Assembly: GCA_905182295.1 (NCBI GenBank)
Contig: CAJJAZ010000004.1
Location: 77,854 to 141,853, forward strand
Length of the DNA stretch: 64,000 nucleotides
Direction: 5' to 3'
DNA from: an uncultured Flavobacteriaceae bacterium
Lineage (GTDB): Bacteria > Bacteroidota > Bacteroidia > Flavobacteriales > Flavobacteriaceae
This document shows, piece after piece, positions 60,392 through 64,000 of the stretch. Below the pieces are notes generated by a model. It was not told where the DNA came from. It saw only the letters and a program-made list of their open reading frames with translations, and did not search any database. Each line of letters opens with the position of its first letter. Within the stretch, counting starts at the first letter, position 1. The position numbers and the translations under genes were made by a program.

Positions 60392-61379
60392 ACCCCTCAC
60401 TCATATACTGATCGAGGTCTCCGTCTGCATTTACATAAACCAAATAAACCTCAATATCTTCAAGGGTAGCAACAAGCGCAATGGCCTTTTCATAGCCCAT
60501 AGCCATAAATGCCGTGGCATAGCCATCTGCTAAAGCACAAGAAGGTGCCAATACACTAGCAGCGAGCGTAGTGCTGTTCTCAGAATAGCCTGTAAGTGGG
60601 TTAATGGTATGTACAAATTTTTCACCAGTTTCAGGATCTACCCTAAATTTTCTATAATTCCCAGAAGAGGCTAGCGCCCTATCTTTTAATTGTACTTTAA
60701 CTATTGGATTGTTTCGGTCTTCATTTTTAGGGTGGTCTATACCTACAAGCCACTGCTTTTCAGAAATGGCATTGCGCCCTTTGGCCACCAATTCGCCACC
60801 CAATTCAATGAGGTAATTAGCGACACCCAAACGATCTAAAACAAGGGCAATTCTATCTAGGGTATAGCCTTTAGCAATGGCATTAAAATCAAAGTATATG
60901 GCTGGATCACTTTTCTCGATTTTTCCAGAAGGCAATAAGGATACCTTAGAAAACCCCACATAAGCCATAAGACTGTCTACCCGCTTGGGAGTCATTTCCA
61001 AAGCCTTCTCTGGGCCAAAACCCCAAGCGTTTACAAACGGACCAACAGTAGGATCAAAATACCCCCCACTAGCTTTGTAAACCAACCCAGATAGCTCAAA
61101 CACTTCTCTAAACATAGGTTCAACTAAAACAGCTGAATCTCCCCTATTAATTCTAGAAATATCAGAATCTGGCCAGTAGGTAGACATGGACTGGTTCACT
61201 ACTTGCAACAATGAGTCCATGGCAACACTAGTGAGTAAGGGTGTTTCACTGATATAACTTATACCGTAAGTAGTCCCTAAGGCGTCTCCCCGCAATATTT
61301 GTCTCTCAGGGGTCTTTGGACCGCTATTACAAGCAGCAAACAATAAAAACATTCCTAACAATACAACACTATTTCTCAT
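60360..61379 (-). CDS. apbE: FAD:protein FMN transferase (lipoprotein)
   Basis: Lipobox FAAC; SDISRIN, FDPTVG, DFNAIAKG, SSGNYR, HTINP.TG, ADGYATA. Confidence 0.95.
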   Translation of the reverse strand: MRNSVVLLGMFLLFAACNSGPKTPERQILRGDALGTTYGISYISETPLLTSVAMDSLLQVVNQSMSTYWPDSDISRINRGDSAVLVEPMFREVFELSGLVYKASGGYFDPTVGPFVNAWGFGPEKALEMTPKRVDSLMAYVGFSKVSLLPSGKIEKSDPAIYFDFNAIAKGYTLDRIALVLDRLGVANYLIELGGELVAKGRNAISEKQWLVGIDHPKNEDRNNPIVKVQLKDRALASSGNYRKFRVDPETGEKFVHTINPLTGYSENSTTLAASVLAPSCALADGYATAFMAMGYEKAIALVATLEDIEVYLVYVNADGDLDQYMSEGFKQVVYEQAE

Positions 61380-61737
61380 CAGATACTGGAATTAGGCCCG
61401 CAAAAGTTACCGTATAAGGGGCGTTTAAATACAAAGGTAAGCTAGGGTCTTCAATATTGTGCAAACCAACCCCTGCATAATAAGTACTCGCTTCAAATTT
61501 GTCTGCGTGACGTTTCATTTTACTAGCGGTCTCAGCATCCATTTCATGGGGATTGTCTGGATACACTACCGACCGGACCAAAATAAAATGAAGTGTTTTG
61601 TCTTTCAAACAAACAAATTGGGGATGTTTCTTCAATTCACTGTTAACGGCCATGAATTCATAGCCATCTTCTTCTAGTGACTTACCCACGATGTTCATGG
61701 CTAAGTTGTGTAATTCTTGTGGGCTTAGGGGCGTCAT
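61369..61737 (-). CDS. Hypothetical protein between nqrF and apbE (YraN-like fold inferred)
   Basis: 122-aa ORF filling the gap and overlapping the apbE start by 11 nt. Confidence 0.8.
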   Translation of the reverse strand: MTPLSPQELHNLAMNIVGKSLEEDGYEFMAVNSELKKHPQFVCLKDKTLHFILVRSVVYPDNPHEMDAETASKMKRHADKFEASTYYAGVGLHNIEDPSLPLYLNAPYTVTFAGLIPVSDEK

Positions 61738-61754
61738 AGATTAGTGTTAAGGGT

Positions 61755-61785
61755 AAAAAAAAAGCCGATACAAGTATCGGCTTTT
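61755..61785 (-). terminator. Intrinsic terminator after nqrF
   Basis: AAAAGCCGATAC / GTATCGGCTTTT stem followed by a T run on the minus strand. Confidence 0.85.
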
Positions 61786-61794
61786 AAAAAAGGT

Positions 61795-63102
61795 TTAACC
61801 TCCAAAATCATCAAAGCGAATATGTTCGTCTGGAATTCCGTAGTCTTCACCCATTTTTTGAACCGCTTGGTTCATGAGTGGTGGACCACAGAAGTACAAT
61901 TCAATATCTTCAGGAGATTCGTGGTTACTTAAATACTGGTCAATCACACAATTGTGAATAAATCCAACAAAACCGTCTCCTTCAGCTTCTATCGTTTCTT
62001 TTACTTTCCAATTGTCTTCTTCCATTGGCTCGGAAAGGGCCATATAAAAATTGAAATTTGGAAATTCAGCTTCTAATTTTTTAAAGTGATCAATATAGAA
62101 TAATTCTCTTTTAGAACGACCTCCATACCAGTAAGTCACTTTTCTATTGGTCTTTAATGTTTTGAATAAATGGTACAAGTGAGAACGCATGGGTGCCATT
62201 CCTGCTCCACCACCAACATAGAGCATTTCTGCCTCAGACTCGTTAATGAAGAATTCACCGTAAGGTCCTGAGATCACAACGTCGTCTCCAGTTTTTAAAC
62301 CAAAGATATAAGAAGATGCTACTCCGGGATTAACATCCATCCATCCGTTTTTAGCCCTGTCCCATGGTGGCGAAGCAATACGAACGTTCAACATAATCTC
62401 TCTTCCCTCTGCAGGAAAAGAAGCCATGGAATAGGCACGTTCTACGGTTTCAGGGTTATTCATCACAAGTGGCCATAGGTTAAACTTGTCCCACTCCGCT
62501 TTAAACTTGTCGGGTGTTTCGTGCTCCTCTGGGTGGGCTGTAATATCCATGTCTGCATATTTCACTTGACCTGCAGGAATTTCTATTTGAATATACCCAC
62601 CAGCTTTGTAATTCATGTCTTCTGGAATCTCTACTACAAATTCTTTAATAAAAGAAGCTACATTGTAGTTACTAACTACTTTCCCTGGCCATTTTTTAAT
62701 GCCAAAAACTTCTTCTGGAATGGTAATATCCATATCTTGCTTCACCTTCACTTGGCAAGCCAAACGAGCCCCTGCTGTCAATTCTCTTTTAGAGAAATGA
62801 GGGGTCTCGGTAGGTAAGGCTTCTCCTCCTCCAGAATTCACGTGACACTCGCACTGAATACAAGTACCTCCACCTCCACAGGCAGAAGGCAAGAATACTT
62901 TTTGGTTACCTAGAGTAGATAATAAGGTGCCTCCAGAGGCCACTTCAATTTTCTTTTCTCCGTTGATAGTGATCGTTACAGGACCAGAAGGAGATAATTT
63001 TTCTTTGGTAAATAATAAAACACTGACCAAAAGTAATAAGAGTACTAAAAAAGCAACAACAGTAATGCTAATGGTTCCTAGGGTAGAAGTAGCTAAAATC
63101 AT
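61795..63102 (-). CDS. nqrF: Na+-translocating NADH:quinone oxidoreductase subunit F
   Basis: SACGGGGTCIQC, RLACQ, RAYSMA, GGGAGMAPMRSH, CGPP, FDDFGG. Confidence 0.97.
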   Translation of the reverse strand: MILATSTLGTISITVVAFLVLLLLLVSVLLFTKEKLSPSGPVTITINGEKKIEVASGGTLLSTLGNQKVFLPSACGGGGTCIQCECHVNSGGGEALPTETPHFSKRELTAGARLACQVKVKQDMDITIPEEVFGIKKWPGKVVSNYNVASFIKEFVVEIPEDMNYKAGGYIQIEIPAGQVKYADMDITAHPEEHETPDKFKAEWDKFNLWPLVMNNPETVERAYSMASFPAEGREIMLNVRIASPPWDRAKNGWMDVNPGVASSYIFGLKTGDDVVISGPYGEFFINESEAEMLYVGGGAGMAPMRSHLYHLFKTLKTNRKVTYWYGGRSKRELFYIDHFKKLEAEFPNFNFYMALSEPMEEDNWKVKETIEAEGDGFVGFIHNCVIDQYLSNHESPEDIELYFCGPPLMNQAVQKMGEDYGIPDEHIRFDDFGG

Positions 63103-63104
63103 AC

Positions 63105-63881
63105 TTATTCGTTTATTTGGTTATCAGCAGCAGGCGTTTCTTCCTGAACTGTGTCATTTTCTTTTTGGGCAAGGACTTTCTGAGCGGCATCGGCCGTGAG
63201 GTCAGATACTTCTTGAGTTTCTGTAACAGCAACCACTTCTTCTTGTGGAACTGCTTCATCTCCTCCAGTCAACATTCCTCCGAAACTCATAAAACCAATG
63301 GCCATAAGACCCGTGATAATAAAAGTAATTCCAAGACCTCTCAGTGGAGCAGGTACATTTGAATACCTGATTTTCTCTCTAATGGCTGCAATGGCTAAGA
63401 TGGCTAAAAACCAACCAATACCAGAAGACAAGCCGTAGTTAAAAGCCAAACCTAAGGTTTGAATGTCTCTCGATTGCATAAACAACGACCCTCCCAAAAT
63501 GGCACAGTTCACCGCTATTAAAGGCAAGAAAATCCCCAAAGAGTTGTACAGAGAAGGACTGAATTTTTCTACTACTATTTCCACCAATTGAACCATAGTG
63601 GCTATGGTTGCGATGAATAATATAAAAGATAAAAAGCTCAAATTATAATCTGCGTATTCAGGACCTAACCAGGCCAAAGCACCATCTCTTAAAAGATACT
63701 GATCCAGCAACCAGTTTAAAGGAACGGTTACGGCTAATACGAATATTACGGCTGCGCCAAGTCCTACTGCTGTAGTCACTTTTTTAGAAACCGCTAAGTA
63801 AGAACACATCCCGAGGAATGTAGCAAATACCATATTGTCAATAAAGATGGACTTAAAAAATAATTCTAAATGTTCTAACAT
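63105..63881 (-). CDS. nqrE: Na+-NQR subunit E
   Basis: FLGMCSYLAVSKKV, GIFLPLIAVNCAILG; acidic C-terminal tail. Confidence 0.96.
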   Translation of the reverse strand: MLEHLELFFKSIFIDNMVFATFLGMCSYLAVSKKVTTAVGLGAAVIFVLAVTVPLNWLLDQYLLRDGALAWLGPEYADYNLSFLSFILFIATIATMVQLVEIVVEKFSPSLYNSLGIFLPLIAVNCAILGGSLFMQSRDIQTLGLAFNYGLSSGIGWFLAILAIAAIREKIRYSNVPAPLRGLGITFIITGLMAIGFMSFGGMLTGGDEAVPQEEVVAVTETQEVSDLTADAAQKVLAQKENDTVQEETPAADNQINE

Positions 63882-63900
63882 GATCTAGTCTATGTATTTG

Positions 63901-64000
63901 TTAGTTTTCTTCGATTAATGCAGGGTTTCTTGAACGTTGCACCCAGATAATGATTCCTACAACGATTAGGGCCATTGGAGACAACAACATAAAACCGTTA
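63901..64000 (-). CDS. nqrD: Na+-NQR subunit D, 3' end (partial)
   Basis: Minus-strand translation NGFMLLSPMALIVVGIIIWVQRSRNPALIEEN*, directly upstream of nqrE. Confidence 0.9.
   Translation of the reverse strand, partial: NGFMLLSPMALIVVGIIIWVQRSRNPALIEEN

Overview
Gene-dense, AT-rich core-chromosome segment of a Flavobacteriaceae bacterium, probably marine. This rests on Bacteroidota-type TAnnTTTG promoter boxes, A-rich start contexts, a Na+-NQR operon, a type IX secretion sorting domain and photolyases. It holds about 70 CDS: the trpEGDCFBA operon with a WWW leader-peptide attenuator missing from the ORF track, rluD/PASTA/ddl/coaD/pyrE/birA, rsfS-ftsH-cdsA-psd, valS, murB, two ECF sigma factors, lipA-gap-hybrid kinase, lpxK, a four-gene light-repair operon, clpP, kynU, a peptidase cluster, gpmI, map, apbE and nqrDEF. 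I see no rRNA, tRNA, CRISPR array, IS element or prophage. The best candidate for an undescribed system is the gene pair at 54079-56593. One gene encodes a signal-peptide-bearing, phage-tail-fibre-like protein with five HxH motifs at an exact 12-aa period; the next encodes a T9SS type-B CTD protein with no adjacent PorP/SprF partner. Other notable signals: four genes whose ATG lies exactly 5 nt after the -7 promoter box (probable leaderless mRNAs), an NqrM-like microprotein, a catalytically dead YraN-like protein overlapping apbE, a Cys-free zinc ribbon, and repeated tandem duplications spanning stop codons. All calls are by eye from motifs; no searches were run.
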